Positions 1 through 10,760 of a stretch of 64,000 nt of DNA are shown one piece after another. The position numbers were made by a program, and so were the translations under genes. Position 1 is the stretch's first letter, and each line of letters starts with the position of its first letter. This DNA is from Marsupella aquatica (lineage: Eukaryota; Plantae; Marchantiophyta), in contig OZ316896.1 in NCBI GenBank assembly GCA_973895155.1, positions 5,469,303-5,533,302 on the forward strand, written 5' to 3'. The notes below the pieces were generated by a model. That model was not told where the DNA came from and ran no database searches. It was given only the letters and a program-made list of their open reading frames with translations.

Positions 1-679
1 CAATTTTGACTGTGGGCGAAGTCAGGCTTGTCTTGGAGAGGCAGAACTTGAATGGCTTATAATAGAGGCCGAAACTTCCGTATAGGTCGTTCAATATAAT
101 GGATAGTCACTATTTTGTCTTTACCCAACGGATATTTTACTTGTTTTATTCAAAATTGTTTGGTTAGCGCGGGGCGCTGCTTCCAGAAATCTTACTTTTC
201 TTGCTTTATTATGTACGCGTGTAGTGTAAGCATTACAACATGTTTTATTTAAAATGTGTAAGTTGATATCATTATGTTTTATCTTTAAAGCCGCGTTTAT
301 TCAATTATTCTGAAAAATATAGTTATCGCTAGGAGGTGTTTTGTCATTTGTTTGTCACGATACACGGTCCATTTAAGTGAACTCATTTTGATTGAGTTTA
401 TTTGGACACTACTCTTCACTTGTTCTATGGTGGGTCCCACCCTAAGGTTCACTTTTTAGCTTGGACGAATAGTGATATTTGAATGAATGTTTCATTGAGT
501 ATAGTCCCAATACCGTGTTCAGTTATCTTCTACAACAAAATGTTGTTGCAAGGGAGGATTGCTAGTACTCTTCATCCATCGGATGGCACAAAATAATTGT
601 TTGTTTTAAACCTAATTCACTAAAGCAAAATTCTGTGATTAGCGTAGTTTTTCATTCGAACCAAAGGGCTATGGTTGAT

Positions 680-790
680 GCAAAACTGGTAACAGGGAAT
701 CGCTTACTAGTAACAGGTAAAATTTGACTGTTAACAGCAAAATATCTCCTGGTAACAGGTTTTCTGTTTTCTGTCATGGCTATCATACCC
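680..790 (-). mobile_element. Terminus of a MULE-like non-autonomous element (same family as 13314-13711 and 29185-29524); other end not located
   Basis: Reverse complement starts GGGTATGATAGCCATGACAGAAAACAGAAAACCTGTTACCAGG, matching the GGGYAT terminus and AAACAGG/CTGTTACCAGG subterminal motifs of the two complete copies; it truncates the copia gag at 791. Confidence 0.6.
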
Positions 791-1285
791 TTTGTCCTTG
801 TCTCTATTCTTATTCCATGATTTGCCAGGGGTCATAGTCAAAGCGGTTCCTGAGGAACTAGATGGCATAGAGGACGAGACCATTTTTTGTTGTATGTCAT
901 TAGTCAGCAAAACGCTTATAACCTCATTATAGGTGATAGTTGACTTATCACGATGAAGTAACACTCTTGATAGAGACTAATAGGATGCAGTCAAAGAACT
1001 CAAAAGATAAAGTGTTTTTCTCTCATCAGTTAATTTCTCTCCAAGATTCAATAAAGTTGCAACGAGATCATTGAATGGATCAATGTGATCTTGAATCTTG
1101 GTGATTTTATCCTTCATCTTGAAACTCATTAGTTTCAAGGATGTATAGAGCCAATTAAAAAGCTACATGTGATGGTATGTTTGTTGCAACGTCGTGAACA
1201 AAGAGGTGCATGATGAATGGTCATCAAGTTGCTTGATGATATGAGGCTGGAGATACTTAGAGTTAATGATACTCATACCTTGGGA
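791..1285 (-). pseudogene. Ty1/copia gag remnant (UBN2/Retrotran_gag_2-like)
   Basis: Minus strand reads ...DHIDPFNDLVATLLNLGEKLTDEKKTLYLLSSL..SY*SLSRVLLHRDKSTITYNEVISVLL, typical copia gag; truncated on both sides by other elements. Confidence 0.75.
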
Positions 1286-1288
1286 ATT

Positions 1289-2118
1289 GAGAGAACTAAG
1301 AGGGAGGAGCGAGCGGAGCGCTTTTGGTGGTTTGGCTATGGCCGCTGACCTTCGGTGGACTCGCTATTGCGCCCTGTCTTCCTTGGCGTTAGACGGATCG
1401 TGAAAAAGATTCAGGTATGGCTGCCCTTGCTGTAACGCGAGCAGGACCTTGACAGGATTTGGGCTGGCAAAACATGATCTGAGCGGAAACAGAAGACTGA
1501 GCAGGGAAAAACTGGGAAGCAACGCGCTTAGATCCGGGATACTCTTGGAGAAAGTGGTGCGTGAACTGCTGCCTCGAGTGGTAGTTTTAGCTTCGAGCAT
1601 TGGAAAACCAATCACTCTGTGAAGCAAAGGCTGCTTTATCTTCTGCTTTTGCTTTGCACGGTGGGACCATTCCGGCTGGGGCTTTTGCAAGCGCTCTGAG
1701 TGTGTTTAGATTGACGCTGATAGCTTGAGATACGATCTGACTAGATGGAACATTTCAGGAGTTTGGGGATGCGGACACGAACCAGCTATGGTCGGGGTTC
1801 GGGGCGTGGGTCTACTTTGTATTTAGAGGTCGGCTCTTTTCACGGGAGTCGGACGATGGAGGCTGCAGGAAAAGGACGGGCTACATCAACTCTGAATGCA
1901 AACACCATTACAGTAGTGGATAGGGGCAGACGTATAGGTGAAACAGCAGATAACACAAGATTCTCTTTACAAGATGCTAGGGGCGGACTGAAGGCTGCTC
2001 CTTTTGATCTGTATGGCCACCCGGAAGGAAGAAATCTAACCACAGAAAAAGAAAAAGGAAACCGGCCTAGCAGCAGAAAATTCATTCCGCGCTCTGGACC
2101 TTCATGGGCGGATCAGAT
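1289..2118 (+). mobile_element. L1-type LINE copy A: 5' UTR and ORF1 N-terminus, split by the CACTA
   Basis: 5' motif GAACTAAGAG...GCGGAG is shared with the LINE 5' ends at ~39150 and ~60214. ORF 1745-2118 RFSLQDARGG..APFDL..KGNRPS.RKFIPRSGPSW.DQ matches ORF 58761-59825. Confidence 0.85.
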
Positions 2119-3563
2119 CACTAGTAGAAACCGGGGCAATTTAGACCAAACCTTATAGGACTAAGGCCACTAAGTCCTTTTTTACAACTTCAAATGACTC
2201 GGAACCATTGCACCGGTTCACATGAACACTACAAAAGACTCTGAGTGCTTTTTGGTTTAGGATAAGACTATGAAAAGTTTCCACGTACCCTACTTTGCGA
2301 AAGGGTGAACACTCTCGCACATGAGTGTTGTAGGGTTTAGTTGTGGGCTTCAATTTGATAATGGGCATATGGGGGGTTTACGTTTGCTATATTGAACACG
2401 TACAAACTCACTACATGTCTAAATGCCCTAATGTCTCATATACTCCATAGTGGGTTTAGGGGGGGTTTACGTCTCAAGGGTGGGCCGGTTATATGTGAAG
2501 GGTGTGGGTGGTCACCACTAAAGGGGGTTTAGTGGGGTTTATATGTCAAGGGTGGGCCGGTTAGGTCTCAAGGGGGTGGGGGTCACCAACATCCCGTTCT
2601 ATTCAAGTTTGCCAAGCCAAGAACCGGGTGCACGCATACCCAAGATTTTTGGGCTAGCATGATTTTCAATTCACAGTCGGCTCTACTTCACCAACATCCC
2701 GCTTTATTGAACTTTTCCAAGCCAAGAAAAATCAGTAACATACCCAAGATGGCCATGCAGTAACACTTTGTAGTGGTGTCTCACTTTGGGTGACACTCAA
2801 CGGCTCACTCAAACGGTAAGGCTAAGTGGCTCCCCTTAATGACTTAAGTCCCCTAATCTGGTAAAGAGGCACTAAACTGGTCTTTGGGAGTGACTTTGGA
2901 GTGTTCGGGCCATCGTCATTGGACGCAAAACGTGAGGGGTCCAAGGTTTGGGGTTTTACGTTGGATTTAGGTTTTGGCTGTAGCCCGGCTAAGAAGGTTG
3001 TGGCTGCTGCAACCTTCGATCAAAGCTAGTTGTGAGGGCTTCATTCTTTGGGGATTTTTGAGAGAAGGGCCTCTCATTGTTGCACGTTTCTCCTGACCCG
3101 CTGCACTGCCGATGTGTTGTGGCTGCACCCAGAGCAACTTGGTGTTGCCATTTGTTTCAAGAAGGTCGTGCTACCATCACGAGCTGCTGAGGAGAGGGCC
3201 AGTTGCTTGCAAAAGGATTTGTAGATTGTGTCGGAGGTCTAGATTTCTCCATTTCTACCAAGAAACGATGTGCAACAAGGCAATGTGGAGCGCAACGGCA
3301 ATGTCCAGGGTAGTCCTGAGTGCTTAGGTCATTCCATTCCTTATGAGAAATGTTGTGCGGCAGGGCAATGTGCAACGCAATGGCAACATTGTTGAGGGCA
3401 CTCCTGAGTGCTTAGGTTTTTAGTGAGTTGCAGTTTGGGAGGAGCTGTGATCTGGGGACTGAGGTGCTGAGGGTTTAGCTGAGGGGAGGAGCTGTGATTT
3501 GGGAAAGTGTTGCGGTGCCGAGGTCTATCGTAAGGTGAGGTGATTGCTGTGGAAGTTTAACTA

Positions 3564-3790
3564 TAGTGGGTCCTTAAGGTCGCGGAGGCATTCAAAGGAG
3601 GCGTGAGCAGGGCGGCAATCATTTGCTGCTGCAGAAGGTGGACATTGGAGTTGTGAAGGCGATGTGGAAGGCAACCATTGCGGAAGGTGGACTGCAGTGG
3701 GTCCTTAAGCTTGCGGAGGCATTGAAAGGAGGCTGAGCAGGGAGGCAATCGTTGCTGCTGCGGAAGGTGGACATTGGAGTTGTGAAGGAG
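3564..3790. repeat. ~130-bp tandem duplication inside the CACTA
   Basis: AGTGGGTCCTTAAG..GCGGAGGCATT.AAAGGAGGC and GAAGGTGGACATTGGAGTTGTGAAGG each occur twice ~130 bp apart. Confidence 0.8.
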
Positions 3791-6500
3791 GTCATGGAGC
3801 TTAAAGAGCAGTTGCAGAATTGGGAGCCGGTTGTTTGTTAGGAGGAAGCAGTTGATAGTGCTGCCATTGGTTATCAGTGTCATCAGCCAAAGGTTAGTCC
3901 CGGCCATGCAGCTGAAAGTGCGCTTCTTTCATCCCTTTTCCAGCAACTTTAGTTCCACATTGTTTTGTTGGGTTGTTTGTTGAATACTTTCATTGCCTCT
4001 ACAGGCTGAAGGTTACTATAGGCCTTGGCTTGCGCACCCACTCCTTACACTCATGCACAAAAACCAAACAACAAGTAGCAGAGCTCAAGCAGATCCGCTC
4101 CGCTCTGTTCTCAGCTGGCTGCGTAGTAGCCACATCTCCTCTGGTCCATCCTATTTGAGCAATGTCATACCTCCGTAGCATACAGCTTGCCCGATTGAAT
4201 GGTAGATTAGGTTCAGCACATTCTCCCTATGGCTGAAGAGTTATGGAAAACCCCAACACAATGAAATTCATTAAGATTTGTCTTGGCAGTCGAAGCTGCT
4301 GAAATTGCCAATTTTGATTGGATTCGGTAGGAATTCAGAATTTGTTGAGTTTGTTTGTTGTTGGATATGAGTTATTCAAGACTCCATGATTTGAGAGAAG
4401 CCATTCAGCATCCCCTGTAGATCCTGGTACCATTTGACATTGTGAGGGCTTGAAAGCCTCAAGAGACCGGGCCATCGCTGTATGCAGATTTTTGTTGTTG
4501 TATTCATGTACAGGATATTATTGTTCTATCTAGGCTGTGCCAAGCCAACAAACTGTTGACAACCAACATGGAATAACAACTATCCAGTGCAATGTCAGAG
4601 GACACTGTATGTCAAATACAGGAATGACATGGTTCTGTTTTCAATTCCCTGCTTGGATGAGGCATGGTGTTGCTTGTAATCATGTATTTCTTCACACTAG
4701 AAAAGCAGTCTGTCATATGAGGTTGTCGGGATTGTCTTCCGGTCAGTCATCTTACGGACACCTAGCAACGTCAAATGAAGGGCTCAAGCGGGCCATGTTG
4801 TCATTTTGAAATTTGTCTTTCCTTTTGCCATGCTACCCAATCATTCTGTTAGTCCATGAGTCATGGTTTCCCGTTGCCAAGAGACGCGTTTAGCTCTGTC
4901 TCTCAATCCCTCTCCCTCTTTCCCCTCTGACTGCCCAAGTTTTGCACCAATTCTTCAGTGTATTAGGGAAGAACAATCAAGTGTCTATCTTTTCTGCTTT
5001 TGGCCATGCTCCTTCACTTCTTGCTGCAAGCTCAATGTGCTTCAGCTATGGCAATATTCACTTACCCTGTCCCAACGCCACTGCCGTGAGCTGCGGGACA
5101 GCCAACAGAAGCTGTGTACAGATTGCATGTAAGTCAGGGTATTTTATGGATTGCGGAACAACTGTCCAAGTATGCTGCAATGGTCGGTCTTGCACAGCTC
5201 AATGAGTCAATTTCATTTTCCCTGTGCACTTCTATTTCTCAGAGAATTCCCTGGTCATGCTTATTTCCCCCAAAGTTAGAAAACAAAGAAGAAGAGCTGA
5301 CTAATTGTAATTCCAATCCATATCCTGATCGGTCAAGGATTGTGAACTACATTGGCCTTGTCATCGGCCGAGGTCACCAAATTTTGCTTGGTTTCATTCC
5401 TGTGGAGCACTGCTGTGATGGATGAATAGTGTTGTCTTGCCTTGAAGTGGGACATTGGATGAATCCCTCATGCCTTGTCTGTTTTCAAAAGCTATGGGCG
5501 GTTGACATCTTTTAGCATTCTTTGTGGTGGTGCCTTTGTTGCAGAGCTCCTGCTCCAACTGCCCCTTTTTCCAGGTAAGTTGTGCAACCTTGATTCCAGT
5601 ATAGATTGAAGTATTCTTGTCTTAATTGTGTCTATGTACATAGTGTCCTTCATTGCAACTGTCGCTTTGACCTGCTGAGTTTCAGCAAAGTGAATAAGGC
5701 ATTCTACCATAAGGCATTCTGCCATCATTCCAATCGACTTAAACAAAAATTGAGCTTCAATATGAACTGAGAGCATTTATCCCCTCCCTAGACTGATCAA
5801 AGTTTCCTAGCGAAAGTTTATATGTTTTAACTGTCCAATTGTAGGTTTAACCGTGAAAGTTCAGGCCGCTACACCAAGTGCTGGTTGGTGGCCTAAGTGC
5901 AGGGTGGTAGGCGGAGTACGTTGCCCAGCCCTTTTACTTTTGCATTGTTTGCCTATGGTGTTGGCATTTTTCTCACACTCATTCTCATCCTGCTATAATT
6001 GGCAATTCAACTATCCTCTAGAATTCAGTCAGAAGATGAAGTATTAGTAAGACTACATTTTCCCTTTGCTCACAATTGAATTTCATAATCCTACTTGTCG
6101 TAGCATTCTGCAAACGATCACGGTTTGCTTATGGCCATTATTTGCAATTTTCTGCTACTAAGATGTCTTCTTTTGAGCAGCATACACCGGAAGTAAGCAA
6201 TAGTGGAGGTTTAACTGCACATCAACACATCCAGTGAACTACCTCTCTGTTACGAACTGCAGGGTGAGACTTTCACTCTTTCTGGATATTGTAGTTTGTA
6301 AGCAAGTTGATTAGGACTGTTTCATGCTATGTTTATACTGTGACCTCTAACTGGAACCAGGGGAATGACACAGTGAGTGGGAACTGATAATTTAAGGTTG
6401 GTTGCTGTTGGTGAGGCAAGTACAACTCCTGCTCACCTTGCTGATCGAAGGTGCTTATCAGAGGACGTGAAAAGAGGACATCTCCACAAAAGCAGCACTT

Positions 6501-6950
6501 ATGGTGAGGACCCGCAACGCTAAATATGTGCGGCTTGCACGCAAGGCAGAGATGTTGCACCTTGAGTATGTCAGACTTGGGATCCTTCCAGCCCAGTCTG
6601 CATGGTACTTTGAGTACCCTGTTGTTTCCAGGAACAACTACAGCTGGCCTCTACCTGCTTCAGTACCCTTCCCGACATCCTTGGTATTTGTGTCTCTTGT
6701 ACATGACCCACCACAAATTAGGTGCCAAGGGTGTGTGCACAGTTGCCAATATGACTGTCCTGCCTGTAGGGCTTCTGGCCCAGAGTTGGATGACCGTTCT
6801 CTTGGATGTTGGTTTTTGCATAGAGCACAATGTATCATCTGGAACCATTTGCCATCCTGCAGTGTGTCTGGCGATGTCACTTGTCCTGCCCTCCCAGACC
6901 CCAACACCGGTGCCTTTGGTGTCTACACATGTTTGGATCACACGCTCTAG
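6501..6950 (+). CDS. 149-aa protein with a C-terminal PHD-like (C4HC2H) zinc finger; CACTA cargo
   Basis: Uninterrupted ATG ORF; CPAC..GC..(AQ)C..WNHLPSC...YTCLDH spacing resembles atypical PHD fingers; an extra CQGC precedes it; basic N-terminus. Confidence 0.5.
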   Translation: MVRTRNAKYVRLARKAEMLHLEYVRLGILPAQSAWYFEYPVVSRNNYSWPLPASVPFPTSLVFVSLVHDPPQIRCQGCVHSCQYDCPACRASGPELDDRSLGCWFLHRAQCIIWNHLPSCSVSGDVTCPALPDPNTGAFGVYTCLDHTL

Positions 6951-7618
6951 AGGACCACTTGTCTCACCGCATGCACAGACCAGAGACCATTGACCTATAA
7001 CTTAACACTCTGACTTGAACAGAGAGGATATTTACTTAAAATTTTGAATTATGAGCAATTTTGGGTCCAGGGTTTAGGGTCAACAGTACATAACTTATCC
7101 TATTATGGCTGCACTAAGTACAATATCCTAATTTAAGAGGCTAGCAAGCTCACTTAAAAGTCTCCTTTCAAAGACTGGAATTAATGGGCCATGTGATAAC
7201 CTGGAAAAAGTGATTTATGCCTAACTTATTTGTCTCATTCACTATCATAGCCTATTTAGGATGTATAAATTACAACCCTGATCACACTGCTTGATACCAA
7301 TCCTATTTGAAAAATGCCTGTTTTACATGTCACGACTATTGTATGTGATTCAAATGCATTAAATCTTTGTTGCAGATCTCCTTTGGTGAATCATAGCCAC
7401 AAAATTGAGGTGTAGGTGGAGCTATTGTACTAGGGGATCAGTTTTCAGAGTGGGCTCAACAAACCAAAAAGTATGTATACTCTGCATCTATGTGTGATCA
7501 TTTCATTGCAGTAGCAATTGCCACTCTAGTCTATATGCTATATTGTACTTTTTGTACACTGCTAAATTGTATTGTCTGTGCACTCTGCTAAATTGTACTA
7601 TCTGTCTCATGGGTAGGC

Positions 7619-8299
7619 ATGGCACGCCCTAAAATCCGAGCCAAGAAGTGGGGGACAGAGGTGAGCAACATAGGTGTAGTTGGGCCTGATGGTAGTAACT
7701 TCTCCGCACGTCAGATTTTCCAGAAGGCAGCTCATTGTTGTGCCATTTGTGACGATGGTGGGGGCTTAGCCATATATGAGGGCCCTTGCATGAGGCATTT
7801 CCACCTCAACCCGGAGTCTGACCTTGCTGCAGAAAACAACTGTCCAGGGGTGGGCCTCCCGTCAGCACACCAGGGAGGCTAGATGTGCATTGATTGTTTG
7901 GAGATGCAGGCTAAGTGTGCACAATGTGGGAAGTTGGGGTCTTATGAGGGCTCTGTTGATGCTCCACCACTTGTTAGGAAATGCCCTGACAAATATTGTG
8001 TGAGGTTCTTTTGTTTTTCATGTTTGCCCGATCTTGCCACAGCTTGCCCACTTCATAAGTGCAAGGCATGTGGTCAGCACGATGAAGATTTCTGGGTGGA
8101 CATAGTCCATTGTGTTAGGTGTCCCACCATGTGGCACTTTCATTGTTTGAAGGATCGTCAAGCAGAAGGCTATGCTTGTGACAGACACATCTATCATCAC
8201 TCTGCACATGGTGTTGATCGATGGATCTTCTATTGTCATCGCCATGCCATAGATCCTACTTTGCACACTCCTATGAGAGATCACATTTCTTGGCTTTGA
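7619..8299 (+). pseudogene. EDM2-like composite PHD-finger module (one in-frame TAG at 7880-7882); CACTA cargo
   Basis: CAICDDGG..EGPCMRHFH..C..CGKLGS..CPLHKC..C..CVRCP..WH..CL..IFYCHRHAIDPTLHTPMRDHI parallels the recalled Arabidopsis EDM2 PHD region (CAICDNGG..EGSCLRSFH..CKNLGS..CPLHKC..CRRCPKSYH..LIYCQEHEIDEELLTPVRDHV). ORFs 7619-7882 and 7883-8299 are in the same frame. Confidence 0.85.
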
Positions 8300-8929
8300 A
8301 CCTGAATAATGTACTTGCATAGTGCACCTGATGTGGATACCTTGGAGATTGCAGACATTCCAATTTTGAGAAGGACCTCTGTAGGAGAGGATGCTTAGGC
8401 AACAAGTACCCTAAGTTCATTACTTGTTCCTGGGTACATGCCTTCAAAAACTCCCCTTAAGCCTTCTAGGAACTTTTTTAACTCTGCAATCATTTTGATC
8501 ACGACTTACATGACACTTCTTAAATTAAATCAGGACTTCTGATTATGTGCATATAAGTTACAAGGCTATTTAAATTGCGAGAATTCCCTTAAAGTGTACC
8601 AACATTTTGTATTCTCATTGAATGTCTGCCCATTTACAACATCTGTACATGTGGCATCACAAAACAATTGCACTTGTCACCTTCAATATTGTGAAGGCAC
8701 ATATTCAAACTATGAGGTGCATCCTTGCAGGTGTCTAGTATGTTTGTCCCAATATTTCTCCCGTTTGGAATCGGAGCAGAGACTCACCAGACGACTAGAC
8801 TAGACCAAGTTATAAATGCAACATTTTAGGGGCCCTCCGATTATCAGGTGAACGCATTATCTTCCGGTCTGTTGTGATTAGGTGGGGTGTGTGTACATGG
8901 CCTCTAGGAAACGTACAAAGGTTGACCAC

Positions 8930-9743
8930 CCGCATCTGTTGGCTGGAATCAAAGCCATTTTGATTCCTGGCCACTATGGGTTCACCCAAGTGAGTTGGCC
9001 AATCGTACAAAAATGATTATCAGAGTTCCATGGGACTGAAGTCAAGGACATCACTCCACAGACTACACATGTTGTTGCGGGGACATGGCTGGATGTGATG
9101 AATAAGTGGTCATGGTCCTTCATTGATTCTGCCATTACCAACCAAGGTCTAAAAGTAGTTGAAGTCTCTTGGCTGACCGATTCTATTAAACATAGGTGTG
9201 TACAGAGTACTGAGCAATATGAGTTGTGGGAGAGTGAGGAGGCCACTGTAGAGGCTTTGGCTAAAAAGGAAGCCTATGAAGCAGCGGTAGAGAAACCCAA
9301 CTTTGCTTGTCCAATATGGACCTGTTATCAACATAGGACACCATCCTATGACTGCAGATGCTATATTGAATGAGCATGGCAAGGAGAGAAATACCATTAT
9401 GAAGGGGTTCAGTGTGGTATTTGCAGAAGAGGGAATTGGGGAGACTAAGTGAAGACTGTACAAGTCCATAGTTGTTGAGCTAGGTGAGACAGTGGAAGAG
9501 AGTCTAACAGAAACCTCCACTCATGTTGTAGGTCTGTCATACATGAAAATATGCAGAAAATTCTTTAAGACAATAGTGCGTGATTTTGTCATGAACAACA
9601 ATCTTTGGGTGCTTTCCCCTGATTGGCTTCTGGAATCAGCAGCAACAGGGAAGCGACAAAATGCTTGGGACTTTGATATTTTTGAGGCCTGGCCCTCCAA
9701 GCTTCAGCGAAGATGTATATTTACCAATGGTGGGAGAGAGTGA
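8930..9743 (+). pseudogene. Two tandem BRCT domains (DNA polymerase lambda-like); CACTA cargo, disrupted
   Basis: Domain 1: LLAGIKAILI..QK*LSEFHG..ITPQTTHVV..KVVEVSWLTDSI. Domain 2: MKGFSVVF..GIGETK*RLYKSIVVELG..STHVV..VLSPDWLLESA..DFDIF. Both have the THVV and W-x-x-D/E-S BRCT signatures; TGA stops at 9014 and 9450, and a frame change between the domains. Confidence 0.75.
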
Positions 9744-9883
9744 GGAGTAGGAGTCCCTCATATTTTTGTATAAATCACAATTTTGTAATAAATGTGATCC
9801 TTGAACTAACTCATCTTGTCATGGTTGGTCGCAGTTGAAGTGATTGTTGTTTCCTGCTGCGTGGGGTGTGACTGTGAATCTAC

Positions 9884-10429
9884 TTGCTGGGCTCTGTTTG
9901 GCTGAAGACTTTGGTGGGTATGCTGCCTCTTCCAGACCGACAGGCCCTATGTAGGGTCCTCCTACGGGTTGCATCGTGCATGGCTGCTGCTTGGGCTTAC
10001 TTGTGTGGATTGGTAACCAGACAGAGTGTAGCTCCATCCGAGATAATGCCTGTAGACCTTAGATGTGTTGTGAATGCTGTGGTGAATGAGGATGCACAGT
10101 CCGAAGAGGACATTTACTTTTCAACAGATGAGTTAGACAAGCATGATGCTGTAGGTGGTTCCTTGTTGCCTGATTTGGTAGATGATATAGTTCTTGTGGT
10201 GTCTGGCGCACAAGATATCTGCAAATATAGACTAATTAGTACCCAGTGGAGGGACTTGGTAGCAACATGTGCACCGTGGAGGGCACTGCTACCACTGCTT
10301 GTAGGCACGGATCGAAGACCACCATGGCATGAGCAGGGTTTAGACCTTGATGACTTAATGTACATGCCTAGGTACCTTAGGGCTGAGTGGCATCAACAAC
10401 AGGATTGGTATCCGTATTTGATGTGGTAG
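9884..10429 (+). CDS. F-box-like protein or exon; CACTA cargo
   Basis: SLLPDLVDDIVLVVSGAQDICKYRLISTQWRDLV resembles the F-box consensus LP..I..L..D+.+.R.VS+.W+.+; ORF has a non-ATG start, so may be an internal exon. Confidence 0.45.
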   Translation: MLGSVWLKTLVGMLPLPDRQALCRVLLRVASCMAAAWAYLCGLVTRQSVAPSEIMPVDLRCVVNAVVNEDAQSEEDIYFSTDELDKHDAVGGSLLPDLVDDIVLVVSGAQDICKYRLISTQWRDLVATCAPWRALLPLLVGTDRRPPWHEQGLDLDDLMYMPRYLRAEWHQQQDWYPYLMW

Positions 10430-10760
10430 TAAGATGAGGACATCTCACACCGGTCTCGCACCTGGCACCTGTGTCTATGACTATACATGATTGGACTCTG
10501 ATATGGTCATGGATGTACGTGCAAAGGCAGTACATGTGAGGACAGCGGAGGAGTTGACACCCTCAAACATTTAGGAATTTTGTCTCATTCACTTGAGAAT
10601 AGGTACATGACTCAGGCACCTATATTTTTTGTTTTTTTGTTTTTTTGGAACGTTATGCTACGTATTTTGGCAAGTACAGTCGGGGGTGAAATCCTTAACA
10701 GGGAGTGTATTTTTCACTTGCATAATAAAATGACAGGGTGCTGAGTGCGTGTGTATAGTG

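Noticed and set aside
333-345. GAGGTGTTTT as the other end of the MITE ending at 790
   Set aside because: Flank does not match the expected TSD TTTGTCCT and no subterminal AAACAGG repeats follow.
7619-8299. Host EDM2 gene
   Set aside because: Lacks the N-terminal and methyltransferase-like regions, lies within CACTA TIRs and has an in-frame stop.
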